From the NCBI GenBank assembly GCA_016182555.1, contig JACPGJ010000008.1:299147-363146 (forward strand): 64,000 nucleotides of DNA, given 5' to 3'. Below the pieces are notes generated by a model, which had not been told where the DNA came from, searched no databases, and worked only from the letters and a program-made list of their open reading frames with translations. The translations under genes were made by a program, and so were the position numbers. This document shows, piece after piece, positions 10,326 through 19,806 of this stretch (the stretch's first letter is position 1; every line of letters starts with the position of its first letter). Source of the DNA: Candidatus Kerfeldbacteria bacterium (GTDB lineage Bacteria; Patescibacteriota; Patescibacteriia; UBA9570; XYC2-FULL-38-9).

Positions 10326-11732
10326 CTACTGAGTATCAGTATTCTGTTTATTGGTATTGCTATTCGTTTGGGTTTTGGTTTTCGTTTGTGGTTGTTCTAC
10401 ATTCATGGAGACCGTTGCCTCATTAGAAAAGGATACCTCTCTGCCTTCCACTTTTGCAGATACCACTGATGCACTTACATTCAAATTTTTTGTATCCGTA
10501 GTTGCATCATCAGCGAGCGTCGTTGCATACGTCAACTTCATGGTTTCCTGTGGAGACAACGTATCAATCACGGGAAAGGTGTATTCATCTTCGGTAAACA
10601 ATCCACCAATAAAACTGAGCACCACCTTCACCTCTTTTATTTCAATATCAGAAGTATTTTTCACTTCAATATTCAACGGCACTTTTTCTCCTGGCGCTAC
10701 GGTTTCTGAAGCACTTATCTGCAAATCAATTTCTGGGTTCACGATCACGACCAATGAACTTTTTTCACTCTGCAAACTGAACGTATTATCTATTTCCACA
10801 ATCCCTAATTTCACATGGAACTCCTTCGTTTCACCTGAATCACCATCGAGCGTGCCAACAATCGTAATCGTTTGCGTTTGTTTTGGTTCCAGAGTATCTA
10901 TCCGCCATTCATTGTCCTCTACAGTTGCAGCAGGGTCTGTGGACGTCACGGAAAATCCATGGGGATATTCCATCAATACTTTCACATGATTGAGCGCTAA
11001 TTTCGAGGTATTCGTATACTGCACTTTGTATGTCAGCTCTTGATTGGACTGCACTTGACTCGGTGCATCGACAGAGACATCAATAATAGAAGAAGTAATC
11101 GTAACTGTTGATTGTGCCGATTCTTGAAAATCGCGTTGGAAGTTCGATGGTTGATACGTGAATAATGCAGAGATAGTTTTCTGTTCATCTTTTTGACCAA
11201 CGAGTTGCCCCGTAATACGAATTTTTCCACCCGTTCCCGCAGGCAAATTTTCAATATTCCAGGAACGATTATTATCGCTTGAAGCGATGGGCAGGCTGCT
11301 TGCGAAGGAAAAACCATCCGGGTACAACAATTCAATTTTTCCTTTTGTCAATGGAACATTTTTATTATTCATGTAATCCAATTCGATCGTCACCACGTCA
11401 CCGGACGCGACCTTGTCTTCCACCTGCATGTTCATTGTGACCTCTCCATGAGCCGAACCGCTTTGCTGACGAAAAACCACATAGCCCAAATACATCACTC
11501 CGAGGAGTAACACCATTATACCAATAGCGAGGACAATCCATTTTCCACGCCGTGGTTTTTTTTCCATCGTGGTCATGTCCACTTCCTCTTCATCGTCATC
11601 AGCGTACATCAAACGCAAATCATCATCTGCATTCACTTCTTGCACTTTTTCATCAGGAATATCGGGTTTCGCAGGAACCGGTGCGGGGTTATATTGTTTT
11701 CTTTTTTTTGATCGTTTTGGGGTGTGTGCCAT
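10326..11732 (-). CDS. Hypothetical membrane-anchored protein with repeated beta-rich extracellular domains (DUF11-like); start codon uncertain
   Basis: ORF 10326..11789; probable start at MAHTPKRSKKRK (11732) or a later Met; acidic N-tail, single TM (WIVLAIGIMVLLLGVMYLGYVVF), then T/S/V-rich repeated modules. Confidence 0.45.
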   Translation of the reverse strand: MAHTPKRSKKRKQYNPAPVPAKPDIPDEKVQEVNADDDLRLMYADDDEEEVDMTTMEKKPRRGKWIVLAIGIMVLLLGVMYLGYVVFRQQSGSAHGEVTMNMQVEDKVASGDVVTIELDYMNNKNVPLTKGKIELLYPDGFSFASSLPIASSDNNRSWNIENLPAGTGGKIRITGQLVGQKDEQKTISALFTYQPSNFQRDFQESAQSTVTITSSIIDVSVDAPSQVQSNQELTYKVQYTNTSKLALNHVKVLMEYPHGFSVTSTDPAATVEDNEWRIDTLEPKQTQTITIVGTLDGDSGETKEFHVKLGIVEIDNTFSLQSEKSSLVVIVNPEIDLQISASETVAPGEKVPLNIEVKNTSDIEIKEVKVVLSFIGGLFTEDEYTFPVIDTLSPQETMKLTYATTLADDATTDTKNLNVSASVVSAKVEGREVSFSNEATVSMNVEQPQTKTKTQTNSNTNKQNTDTQ

Positions 11733-12504
11733 TGATATGCATTGATTGATTGCGATACAAAGCATACCACAACACAGCACCAAAAACAACCATCACCAGA
11801 GAAAGATATTGGGCAACCGTCAAGTGAAAAAAACGAGTATCAGAGAACGGTAAATCCGTGGCACGCCAAAAATCGAGCACAAAACGGGTGATACCATAAA
11901 AAAATAAGAAAAAAATGCTGTAGAATCCTGGGTTGCGTTGCGGCCGTGTGAGCCAGAGAAAGAAAAAAATCATCGCTAAAATGAGCCCATCGATTGAAAG
12001 ATACAACCCATGGTTATGGCGCACAATACCATCAATGTATTTCTGACCCAAAAAAAATGTCGTTGGTGTACCAGGATGATCAAAAATGAAGAAACATCCC
12101 AAACGACCAATGGCCATACCAAGTGGCAAACCGAATACACACACATCCGCATACTCAAAAAAAGATAACTGTCGGCGATGTAAAACAAACCAGCCAGCCA
12201 ATGCTGCTCCGATGAATCCACCAGAAATCGACATTCCCCCTTTCCAAATTTTGAATATCTCGAGCAGATGATGAACGTAATAAGAAAACTCACTGAATAC
12301 AAATACCAGTCGCCCCCCAATGAAACTGGCCAAAATCACCCAAAACGCTAAATCAGCAACAACCCCTTGATCCAGCCCCCGTACCCGAGCGGCGTAGCGA
12401 GCGACAGCAAAACCAGCAATAATACCCAGTGCAACCATGAGCCCCCATATATGAATAGTCAGTGGACCAAGAGAAAATTGCACCCATTGAAAATACGGCA
12501 ACAT
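11689..12504 (-). CDS. lgt: Prolipoprotein diacylglyceryl transferase
   Basis: Multi-TM 271 aa, LGPLTIHIWGLMVALGIIAG N-term and GRLGCFFIFDHPG (Lgt G-R-x-G-N/C-F motif region). Confidence 0.75.
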   Translation of the reverse strand: MLPYFQWVQFSLGPLTIHIWGLMVALGIIAGFAVARYAARVRGLDQGVVADLAFWVILASFIGGRLVFVFSEFSYYVHHLLEIFKIWKGGMSISGGFIGAALAGWFVLHRRQLSFFEYADVCVFGLPLGMAIGRLGCFFIFDHPGTPTTFFLGQKYIDGIVRHNHGLYLSIDGLILAMIFFFLWLTRPQRNPGFYSIFFLFFYGITRFVLDFWRATDLPFSDTRFFHLTVAQYLSLVMVVFGAVLWYALYRNQSMHINGTHPKTIKKKKTI

Positions 12505-12518
12505 AGTGCGCAGAATAA

Positions 12519-13580
12519 TTATTGATTGACATTAAATTCGATCGAGGCTTGTCGTTCTGCTACCCATGCATTGATTTGCTCAAGCGCCGCATCAAAACCC
12601 GCTAATGATGGGGTCGTGAGAAAACCGTTGCCCACAACTGGATCGGTAATTCGGTCAAACGTCAGCAGCTCCGCGTCCATCATGGCGGCCAACATTTCGC
12701 TTTGTGCAATGGGCACAAACGTATCAGCTTCGCTATGCAGAATCAATACCGGTATATCAATATGCAGCACATCCTGTAACGACAACTCATGTAAACACGC
12801 ATCTTGATTTGCCGCAGTATGACAACCGCTTTGTTGCAAAAAATTATCAGCGCTGGTCGCATCAGTCGTCAGTAAATATCGATATTCTTCCGCGGGGTTA
12901 ATATATCCATACGCATCGATCACACCATCAATAGACACATCTTCTTGTGTTGCCAGGAGCGATATATACGCACCATGCTCTATACCAAAAAGAATAATTG
13001 GTTGACTAGCGGTTTCCTGCAATCCACGCACCCAATCAATCGTCGATAATAGATCCGTCAAATCTTCTTGACCGAATGTGCTCTCTCGCCAATCAACCGT
13101 AACAGTCATCATCCCTGTCGATTGCATCAACGGCTCACCAAGCACCTCTGCCATTCGGTCTGTTGATCGCTGCGATGATTGACCACCATGCATCAAAATC
13201 ATCGTTGCAAATGGGCCAACGCCTTCTGGCTTTGAAATTTTCGCATGAATGGTTTGGCTATCTCGAGTAATAAATTCTATTTCTTTATTCATCATTGCCT
13301 CTGTGCGCAGGCTCGCTTGAGATAATTGATCCAGGTTCACATTTTGGGGAATAACAGAATTCAGAAATTCTTCCAACGTGGCTGGTTGGTTTGTGGCTAT
13401 CTGTTTTTTCTCTTCTGGTGCGAAATGGTTATATAAACGTAGCGCAATAAGAGCAACAATCATGAACGCAAAAAAAAGCATGCTCACCGGCCCCATCAGG
13501 CTATTTGATCGATCGTGTTTTGTTGATTTGGTAGATATTGATTTTTTTTTCATACGGCATAGGGCAACGCCCTGTCTCAT
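12519..13580 (-). CDS. Alpha/beta-hydrolase fold protein (S9/dienelactone-hydrolase-like), N-terminal TM anchor
   Basis: TM helix then MILMHGGQSS ... LHSEADTFVP typical alpha/beta hydrolase blocks. Confidence 0.55.
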   Translation of the reverse strand: MRQGVALCRMKKKSISTKSTKHDRSNSLMGPVSMLFFAFMIVALIALRLYNHFAPEEKKQIATNQPATLEEFLNSVIPQNVNLDQLSQASLRTEAMMNKEIEFITRDSQTIHAKISKPEGVGPFATMILMHGGQSSQRSTDRMAEVLGEPLMQSTGMMTVTVDWRESTFGQEDLTDLLSTIDWVRGLQETASQPIILFGIEHGAYISLLATQEDVSIDGVIDAYGYINPAEEYRYLLTTDATSADNFLQQSGCHTAANQDACLHELSLQDVLHIDIPVLILHSEADTFVPIAQSEMLAAMMDAELLTFDRITDPVVGNGFLTTPSLAGFDAALEQINAWVAERQASIEFNVNQ

Positions 13581-13661
13581 GTGAGTATACCCTTTTTCTC
13601 ATGACTATTCAATTATCCAATCGTGAATGGTAATAGCTCGTTGTTTGTCATAAAATATATA

Positions 13662-14672
13662 TTACGCTTTTTTGAGTACGGTGCGTATGCGGTCAATAAT
13701 ATGTGTGGATGTCAGACCATAGTGTTTCCATAGTTCTATGGTTGTGCCAGATTCTCCAAACGTATCTTGCGTGCCCATGCGTTCGAGCGGGGCTGGTTCG
13801 TGCTCCGCGAGTAATTCGGCAACAGCTCCACCAAGTCCGCCAATGACTTGATGCTCTTCAATCGTTACCACGCAACCGGTTTTGCGAACCGAAGCGAGAA
13901 TGGTTTCCGCATCGAGCGGTTTCACCGTATGGGCGTTAATCACTTCTACCCGTATTTCGCCTTCCAGCGCTTTTGCGGCAAGCAATGCTTCATACAACAC
14001 TGCACCGCAACCGACAATGGTAACGTCGGTGCCTTCCAACAATACCTGCGCTTTGCCAATTTCAAATGGTGTTTCTGGCGTCGTAAAAATAGGAAATTTT
14101 TCGCGTGTGAGGCGAATGTATGTTGGACGCGGGTCTTTGGCAATAGCGAGCGTTGCAAGGCGCGCTTGTTCCACATCTACCGGAACGACCACCACCATAT
14201 TCGGCAACACGCGCATGATCGCCATATCTTCAAGCATTTGGTGCGTGGCACCATCTTCGCCTACCGACAAACCCGTATGCGAGCCAACAATTTTAACTGG
14301 TTGATCGTTGTAACAAATAGTCGTGCGAATCTGTTCCCAGTTGCGGCCAGGGGAAAAAGCGGCAAATCCACCAGCAAATGGAATTTTTCCGGCTGCCGCC
14401 ATGCCCGAAGCGACGGTGACCAAATTTTGTTCCGCCACACCCACCTGAAAAAAGCGGTTGGGGAATTTTTCTGCAAACGCGGTCATGCGCACCGATTCCG
14501 TCAGGTCCGCGCACAACCCCACCACGCGTTCGTCAGCTTCTGCGGCTTCCACCAAACCGATGCCAAAACCATCACGCGTTCCGCCACTTTTGAGTTGCGC
14601 TGTATCAAATACATGTTGCGCCAGGTGCGCCTGTGGGTTAATAGTCATAGGTATTTGTTTCAATTTGTTCAC
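13662..14672 (-). CDS. tkt: Transketolase, C-terminal (pyrimidine-binding) subunit
   Basis: FPNRFFQVGVAEQNLVTVASGMAAAGKIPF and IVGSHTGLSVGEDGATHQ motifs; split-gene form. Confidence 0.92.
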   Translation of the reverse strand: MNKLKQIPMTINPQAHLAQHVFDTAQLKSGGTRDGFGIGLVEAAEADERVVGLCADLTESVRMTAFAEKFPNRFFQVGVAEQNLVTVASGMAAAGKIPFAGGFAAFSPGRNWEQIRTTICYNDQPVKIVGSHTGLSVGEDGATHQMLEDMAIMRVLPNMVVVVPVDVEQARLATLAIAKDPRPTYIRLTREKFPIFTTPETPFEIGKAQVLLEGTDVTIVGCGAVLYEALLAAKALEGEIRVEVINAHTVKPLDAETILASVRKTGCVVTIEEHQVIGGLGGAVAELLAEHEPAPLERMGTQDTFGESGTTIELWKHYGLTSTHIIDRIRTVLKKA

Positions 14673-15507
14673 GAATCGTTTGTAATTCTTTCAGTGCGGC
14701 AGCAAGTTCTTCCGGTTTTGGTGCTTTCCCATGCCAAGAATATTGATGTTCCATAAAACTCACTCCTCTACCAGGAACGGTGGTTGCGATAATCACCGTC
14801 GGTTTACCAACGGAATCTTTCGCCCAGTTGATGGCTTCAATAATTTGAGAAAAATTGTGACCGTCAATTTCACGGACATTCCAATTGAATGCGGAGTATT
14901 TTGCGCGCAGGGAATCAAGGGGCATCACGTCTTCAGTGTTGCCTTCAATTTGAATATTATTACGGTCAATTATTTGAATAATGTTGTCGAGTTTATATGC
15001 GGCGGCCATCATCACCCCTTCCCACGTGTTCCCTTCCTGGTGTTCGCCGTCTGAGGTGAGTACATATACATGATGCCGCTTGTTGTCTAAGCGTGCGGCA
15101 AGCGCCATACCCACAGCTTGTGAAACACCTGAGCCCAATGGGCCGCTCGTAGTTTCGATGCCCGGAAGCGCCACGCGGTGTGGGTGACCTTGCAACCGTG
15201 CACCAAATTTCCGAAGCGTCATCAATTCTTCTGTCGGAAAATAGCCAACGTGCGCCATCGCCGCATACATCACCGGACAAATATGACCATTGGAAAGCAG
15301 CAACCGATCACGCTCTTGCCACGTTGGGTTTTGTGGGTCGTGTTTCAACGCATGAAAATAGAGTGCGGTAAAAATATCTGCCATGCCAAGCGAACCACCT
15401 GGGTGCCCAGACCCGGCTGCGGTAAGCGCTTTCAACACATCTTGTCGAATGGTGTTGGCAAGCAGCGCAAGTTGTTTATCATCAGTAATTGGTTGGTGTT
15501 CAGCCAT
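14638..15507 (-). CDS. tkt: Transketolase, N-terminal (TPP-binding) subunit
   Basis: GSGHPGGSLGMADIFTALYF and GDGEHQEGNTWE motifs; overlaps downstream subunit by 35 nt. Confidence 0.92.
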   Translation of the reverse strand: MAEHQPITDDKQLALLANTIRQDVLKALTAAGSGHPGGSLGMADIFTALYFHALKHDPQNPTWQERDRLLLSNGHICPVMYAAMAHVGYFPTEELMTLRKFGARLQGHPHRVALPGIETTSGPLGSGVSQAVGMALAARLDNKRHHVYVLTSDGEHQEGNTWEGVMMAAAYKLDNIIQIIDRNNIQIEGNTEDVMPLDSLRAKYSAFNWNVREIDGHNFSQIIEAINWAKDSVGKPTVIIATTVPGRGVSFMEHQYSWHGKAPKPEELAAALKELQTIREQIETNTYDY

Positions 15508-15560
15508 AGGAATAGTATTGAAATAAGTATAATCAAAATAATCTTACTTTCATAGACGCC

Positions 15561-15932
15561 TCAGCCAGGCACTCTTTTCAAAGTAACAATCTTATATTTG
15601 CAATCTACTATTGCGGTATAAGAAAATTTGCTCAGAAAACTAATTCCAGCTAAAGGCATGCTGTTTGAGATTAGTACTTGAACATAATTTTGACTCTCTT
15701 CCATTTCAGCAATCGCTAAAGCTGTTGGTACTTCTATAATCTGACCATTGGCAATTTTTGTTTTCGTCACTCCGGAAATTTCTAAATTCAATTCTTGAGC
15801 AATGTCAGGAGTCACTTGCAAGTCTCCAGTAAAACCAGTATCTAAAATAAAAAGAGCATATTGCACCGATTGATTCCAACCGATGACAATTTCAATAAAT
15901 GGAACGTTTTCAACAAAAAAACCGTGAATCAT
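15561..15932 (-). CDS. Retropepsin-like (clan AA) aspartic protease, small cytoplasmic form
   Basis: 123 aa with ILDTGFTGDL (D-T/S-G active-site motif) in a retropepsin-sized fold; start overlaps upstream gene stop (ATGA). Confidence 0.6.
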   Translation of the reverse strand: MIHGFFVENVPFIEIVIGWNQSVQYALFILDTGFTGDLQVTPDIAQELNLEISGVTKTKIANGQIIEVPTALAIAEMEESQNYVQVLISNSMPLAGISFLSKFSYTAIVDCKYKIVTLKRVPG

Positions 15933-16207
15933 CAGCTATCAATAAAAGACCGAGCCATCGTTTCGGCTACATCAAATCCGATCTTGACAACATAAAAAAC
16001 GTTGTCCGGGTATCGCTGTTTCGCAATTTCAACCGCTTCTGCACTCGTGTTTCCTAAGAACACGTCTTCAGAGTCAATATCAATGGCTAAAAACTTCCCT
16101 TTCTCTTTCGGATCATACTGCAGCTTAATATGCTCATAGATTCTGCCTCCTTCTTCAGCAATCTTTTGAATATCAGCTCGTTTTATTAAATTTTCACTAT
16201 TGATCAT
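15932..16207 (-). CDS. Small DUF5678-like protein, partner of the downstream retropepsin-like protease
   Basis: 91 aa; GKFLAIDIDSEDVFLGNTSAEAVEIAKQRYPDNVFYVVKIG resembles the DUF5678 pattern; translationally coupled to 15561..15932. Confidence 0.45.
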   Translation of the reverse strand: MINSENLIKRADIQKIAEEGGRIYEHIKLQYDPKEKGKFLAIDIDSEDVFLGNTSAEAVEIAKQRYPDNVFYVVKIGFDVAETMARSFIDS

Positions 16208-16250
16208 GAAAATAGTATAGCCTAATAATCACCCAAATACAAATATTGAA

Positions 16251-16895
16251 TTATTTTTTTGCCGTTTCCCAGTCTTTGAGAAATTTGGCGATGCCAGCGT
16301 CAGTTAAGTGGTGGCTGAACAGTTTCCAAAATACTTCTGGTGGCATGGTGGCAACATCAGCTCCAGCCAGTGCAACCTGTTTCACGTGCAATGGGTTTCG
16401 AATACTTGCCGCAAGAATTTGGGTAGGAAATTGATAATTGTCGTAAATCGCACGAATCTCTTCAATAAGTGCGATGCCTTCTTCTCCAATATCATCTAAC
16501 CTCCCCATAAATGGTGAAACAAAAGTAGCGCCGGCTTTTGCCGCAAGCAAGGCTTGGTTCGCGCTGAACACGAGCGTCACATTCACCTGTACTTTTTGCT
16601 TTGCCAGTTTCACGCAGGCGGCAATCCCTTCCGCAGTCATCGGCACTTTAATAGTAATGTTTTTGTGAATTTTTATGAGCGGCGCGGCTTGTTTCAGCAT
16701 ACCGGCAGTGTCGAGCGCGGTCACTTCCGCGCTAATCGGCCCATTCACCAGCTTGGTAATTTCGCGCACGACTTCGGCAAACTTTCGACCCGATTTGGCA
16801 ATAAGCGATGGGTTTGTGGTAACCCCATCAATAATGCCAACCTCCACCGCTTTGCGAATTTCCTCTACCTCGGCTGTGTCTAAAAAGAATTTCAT
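16251..16895 (-). CDS. tal: Transaldolase / fructose-6-phosphate aldolase (Tal/FsaA type 3B)
   Basis: [36 protein letters not shown] with catalytic Lys context VKIPMT; 214 aa. Confidence 0.9.
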   Translation of the reverse strand: MKFFLDTAEVEEIRKAVEVGIIDGVTTNPSLIAKSGRKFAEVVREITKLVNGPISAEVTALDTAGMLKQAAPLIKIHKNITIKVPMTAEGIAACVKLAKQKVQVNVTLVFSANQALLAAKAGATFVSPFMGRLDDIGEEGIALIEEIRAIYDNYQFPTQILAASIRNPLHVKQVALAGADVATMPPEVFWKLFSHHLTDAGIAKFLKDWETAKK

Positions 16896-16955
16896 ATCAT
16901 AAAAAATAATAATAGAATACTCCTATCATATCATAGAAAAAAATGATAACCAAGT

Positions 16956-17582
16956 TTATTCCACGCCCTGCAACGCCTTCCACGCTGTTCCTAAATCTTC
17001 GGCTTTCCACAGAGCACTGGCGGCACCAATATGCGTCGCGCCAGCAGCTTCAATCATATCTCGATTATACATATTCACTCCTCCATCGACTTCCACCAGC
17101 AATTCCGGTTTCCATTTTTTCATTTCTTTCACCTTTTCCAATACATCTTTCTGAAATTGTTGTCCGGAAAAGCCAGGGTCAACACCCATCACCACCACCA
17201 TATCAACCATATCCAAATAGTCCTTAATTTCGTAGGTCAAGGTTTCTGGGTTAATAGCCAATCCGATTTCTTTTCCACTTGTACGCATCAAGGCGATATC
17301 ATGTTCCATATTCCCAATCGTTTCAAAGTGAACAATCAATCGTTGCACATTTGGCAGAGCCCATTGTTGAAAATACAAAGCAGGTTTGTCGATCATCAAA
17401 TGAATTTCAAGCGTAGCATCAAGCGTGGCAATACGGGCAGCATCTCTAAACGTTTCATTGGGCACAAAGGTATTGTCCATAATATCGATCTGAAGAAAGT
17501 TCGTATATGGTTTAACGCGTGCCACTTTTTCAACCATCTCATTAAATGATTTTTCTAAAATAGCTGGGACAACTTGGAGCAT
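16956..17582 (-). CDS. rpe: Ribulose-phosphate 3-epimerase
   Basis: Start taken at internal Met (MLQVVPAILEKSF..., cat at 17580-17582) 11 nt after rpiB stop; IDIMDNTFVPN and HLMIDKP motifs. Confidence 0.88.
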   Translation of the reverse strand: MLQVVPAILEKSFNEMVEKVARVKPYTNFLQIDIMDNTFVPNETFRDAARIATLDATLEIHLMIDKPALYFQQWALPNVQRLIVHFETIGNMEHDIALMRTSGKEIGLAINPETLTYEIKDYLDMVDMVVVMGVDPGFSGQQFQKDVLEKVKEMKKWKPELLVEVDGGVNMYNRDMIEAAGATHIGAASALWKAEDLGTAWKALQGVE

Positions 17583-17593
17583 AGATGAATAGA

Positions 17594-18046
17594 TTAATGA
17601 TTTTTTTCGTATTCTGTAATTTGTTGCACACGCCGCACATGGCGTTCTTCGTTTGAGAACGGAGTATCGAGCCAAGCAAAAAGCATCTCATGCGCTTGTT
17701 CATCAGTTAACCAATCACCAGAGAGTCCAAGCACATTCGCATCATTATGTTCACGGGAATGATGAGCCGCTTCGACACTGAATGGAGCAACCGCACGGAC
17801 GCCAACCACTTTATTGGCGGCAATCACGACGCCCGCCGCAGAACGACAAGCAAGAATTCCGCGGTTTTCCGCTGGTGCCTTTGCCACGCCTTCCGCTACC
17901 GCAAATGCAAATGCTGGGTAATCATCTTCAGCATCAAATGTATGCGCACCCACATCTGTATACGGCAAATGACGTTCATCAAGCCATTGCACAATTTTTT
18001 TCTTGAGTTCAAACCCGCCGTGGTCGGCACCGATAAAGATCATCAT
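17594..18046 (-). CDS. rpiB: Ribose-5-phosphate isomerase B
   Basis: MMIFIGADHGGFELKKKIVQWL ... GILACRSAAGVVIAANK: RpiB/LacAB signature. Confidence 0.92.
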   Translation of the reverse strand: MMIFIGADHGGFELKKKIVQWLDERHLPYTDVGAHTFDAEDDYPAFAFAVAEGVAKAPAENRGILACRSAAGVVIAANKVVGVRAVAPFSVEAAHHSREHNDANVLGLSGDWLTDEQAHEMLFAWLDTPFSNEERHVRRVQQITEYEKNH

Positions 18047-18780
18047 TAGTTATTTTGGAAATAATTGATAATTTTTTGAAAGCCCGCATACGTAATAACA
18101 CCAGCCAACTTATTTCCATTAAAGAAAAATGTTGGTGTGCCACCGACACCAGCTCGAAGTCCGTCAGCAAAATCGGCTTTCACCTCTTCTGTATATTTGC
18201 CGGAATCAAGGCAATTGTCAAACTGATCCGTATTCAAACCCAGCTGCTGAGCATATTGTTTCAAATATGTCACATCCAATTGTTCTTGATGTTGGAACAA
18301 CATATCATGATATGGCCAAAATTTTCGCTGGTCATTGGCACACTGCCCAGCTTCAGCAGCCGCCTGGGCATGTTCATGCAAATCGGTAATTGGAAAATCG
18401 CGGTAGACAAAACGAATTTGAGAACCATACTGAGACAACATTTGTTTTTCGGCCAAAAATACCTCACCGCAATTCGGACATTGAAAATCTTCAAACGCGA
18501 CGATGGTCAATTTTGCGTCTGCCGGACCAATGCTCGGATCATCGACAAAATTATTCACATACGCCAAATTGGGATTTTTTACCTCTTCAGCGTTGGTTAA
18601 ATTTGTTGTCGCGCCATGTTCAAACTGGCTAAAATCAACCGTGCCTGTTCGAATTTGTTCATAATACGAATAGGTGCGCTTTGCAAAATACATCATGATA
18701 GCGAGCAGGAGAATCGCCCCTACTAATAAAACCACTTTCCCCCATTGTTTCCACCAAGACTGTTCTGCTGCTTGTTCCAT
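18046..18780 (-). CDS. Membrane-anchored DsbA-family thiol:disulfide oxidoreductase (BdbD-like)
   Basis: N-terminal TM, thioredoxin fold with CPNC active site (AFEDFQCPNCGEVF) and C-terminal GTPTFFFNG. Confidence 0.8.
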   Translation of the reverse strand: MEQAAEQSWWKQWGKVVLLVGAILLLAIMMYFAKRTYSYYEQIRTGTVDFSQFEHGATTNLTNAEEVKNPNLAYVNNFVDDPSIGPADAKLTIVAFEDFQCPNCGEVFLAEKQMLSQYGSQIRFVYRDFPITDLHEHAQAAAEAGQCANDQRKFWPYHDMLFQHQEQLDVTYLKQYAQQLGLNTDQFDNCLDSGKYTEEVKADFADGLRAGVGGTPTFFFNGNKLAGVITYAGFQKIINYFQNN

Positions 18781-18788
18781 ATATTCAG

Positions 18789-19730
18789 CTATTGTGCTCC
18801 TAATTTATTAACGTAATCAACGGCAGAAAGTGCAGCAAGAACCCCTTGACCTGTTGCAATAGCAATCTGCTTGTACGGAACATTCGTCACATCACCAGCG
18901 GCATACAATCCCGGAATATTCGTTTCACAGCGGCTATTCACTTCAATTTCTTGAAAACGATTTTTTATCACCTGTTCGGAAACAATGCTGCTATTTGGAA
19001 TCAAGCCAACATGAATAAACACCCCCTGAGTATCAACGCGGCGTTCTTCGCCACTCGGTTTGTGCGTGTACACCACTCGTTCAACAAATTGTGATCCTTC
19101 AATCGCTTTCGTTTGTGCTTCGTACAAAATTTCAATATTTGACTGCGCGGTCACTTTATCAATGAGTACCTGCTCTCCTTTGAACATGGAGTTAATATTG
19201 ATAAGCGTTACGTGGCTGGCAATAGCGGAAAGCATGAGTGCGGATTCGAGCGCACTATTTCCTCCGCCAATAGTGACCACTTTTTTATTTTTAAAGAGTG
19301 GACCGTCACAGGTGGTACAATACGTGACTCCTTTACCGCGAAATTCATCTTCACCTGGCAGGTTCAAATGCCGCGGATGCACACCGGTGGCGATAATCAC
19401 CGTTTTGGCCTGATACAAAATTTCTTTCCCGCTCTTGCGTGCGAAAATATCAAAATGTCCATCTGCCTCTTCTGTTTTGACAACGCGATCCACTCGCACG
19501 CCTAATTCTGGCTCAACGCCGTTGGCTTTCAAATGTTCTCGAAATTTTTCAGACAACGCAATACCATCGGTTTCTACAAAACCGGGGTAATTCCAAATTT
19601 CACCCGACGTGGCTACTTCACCGCCAAAATCTTCGGAAATCATCAGCATCGGTAACTTACGACGTGCGAGATAGATACCCGCAGACGCTCCTGCTGCTGA
19701 ACCTCCAATAATAATACTATCGTAGATCAT
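18789..19730 (-). CDS. trxB: Thioredoxin-disulfide reductase
   Basis: FAD motif IIGGSAAGASAGIY, redox CTTCDGPLF, NADPH motif; 313 aa. Confidence 0.92.
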   Translation of the reverse strand: MIYDSIIIGGSAAGASAGIYLARRKLPMLMISEDFGGEVATSGEIWNYPGFVETDGIALSEKFREHLKANGVEPELGVRVDRVVKTEEADGHFDIFARKSGKEILYQAKTVIIATGVHPRHLNLPGEDEFRGKGVTYCTTCDGPLFKNKKVVTIGGGNSALESALMLSAIASHVTLININSMFKGEQVLIDKVTAQSNIEILYEAQTKAIEGSQFVERVVYTHKPSGEERRVDTQGVFIHVGLIPNSSIVSEQVIKNRFQEIEVNSRCETNIPGLYAAGDVTNVPYKQIAIATGQGVLAALSAVDYVNKLGAQ

Positions 19731-19806
19731 AAAATATGTATCAAATAAAATACTCGGCTATTGTACTCAAAAATAGGCGGGAAGTAAAGATGCTGCGTAT
19801 CCAAGA

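Noticed and set aside
10351-10989. 212-aa plus-strand ORF antisense to the 487-aa hypothetical membrane protein
   Set aside because: Its Ser/Thr/Val-rich low complexity mirrors the sense-strand repeats, so it is an antisense artefact.
13848-14756. 302-aa plus-strand ORF (and several 60-140 aa ORFs) antisense to the transketolase genes
   Set aside because: They lie entirely inside confidently identified minus-strand genes, are low-complexity and Arg/His-rich, as is typical of antisense frames of GC-rich coding DNA, and have no motifs.
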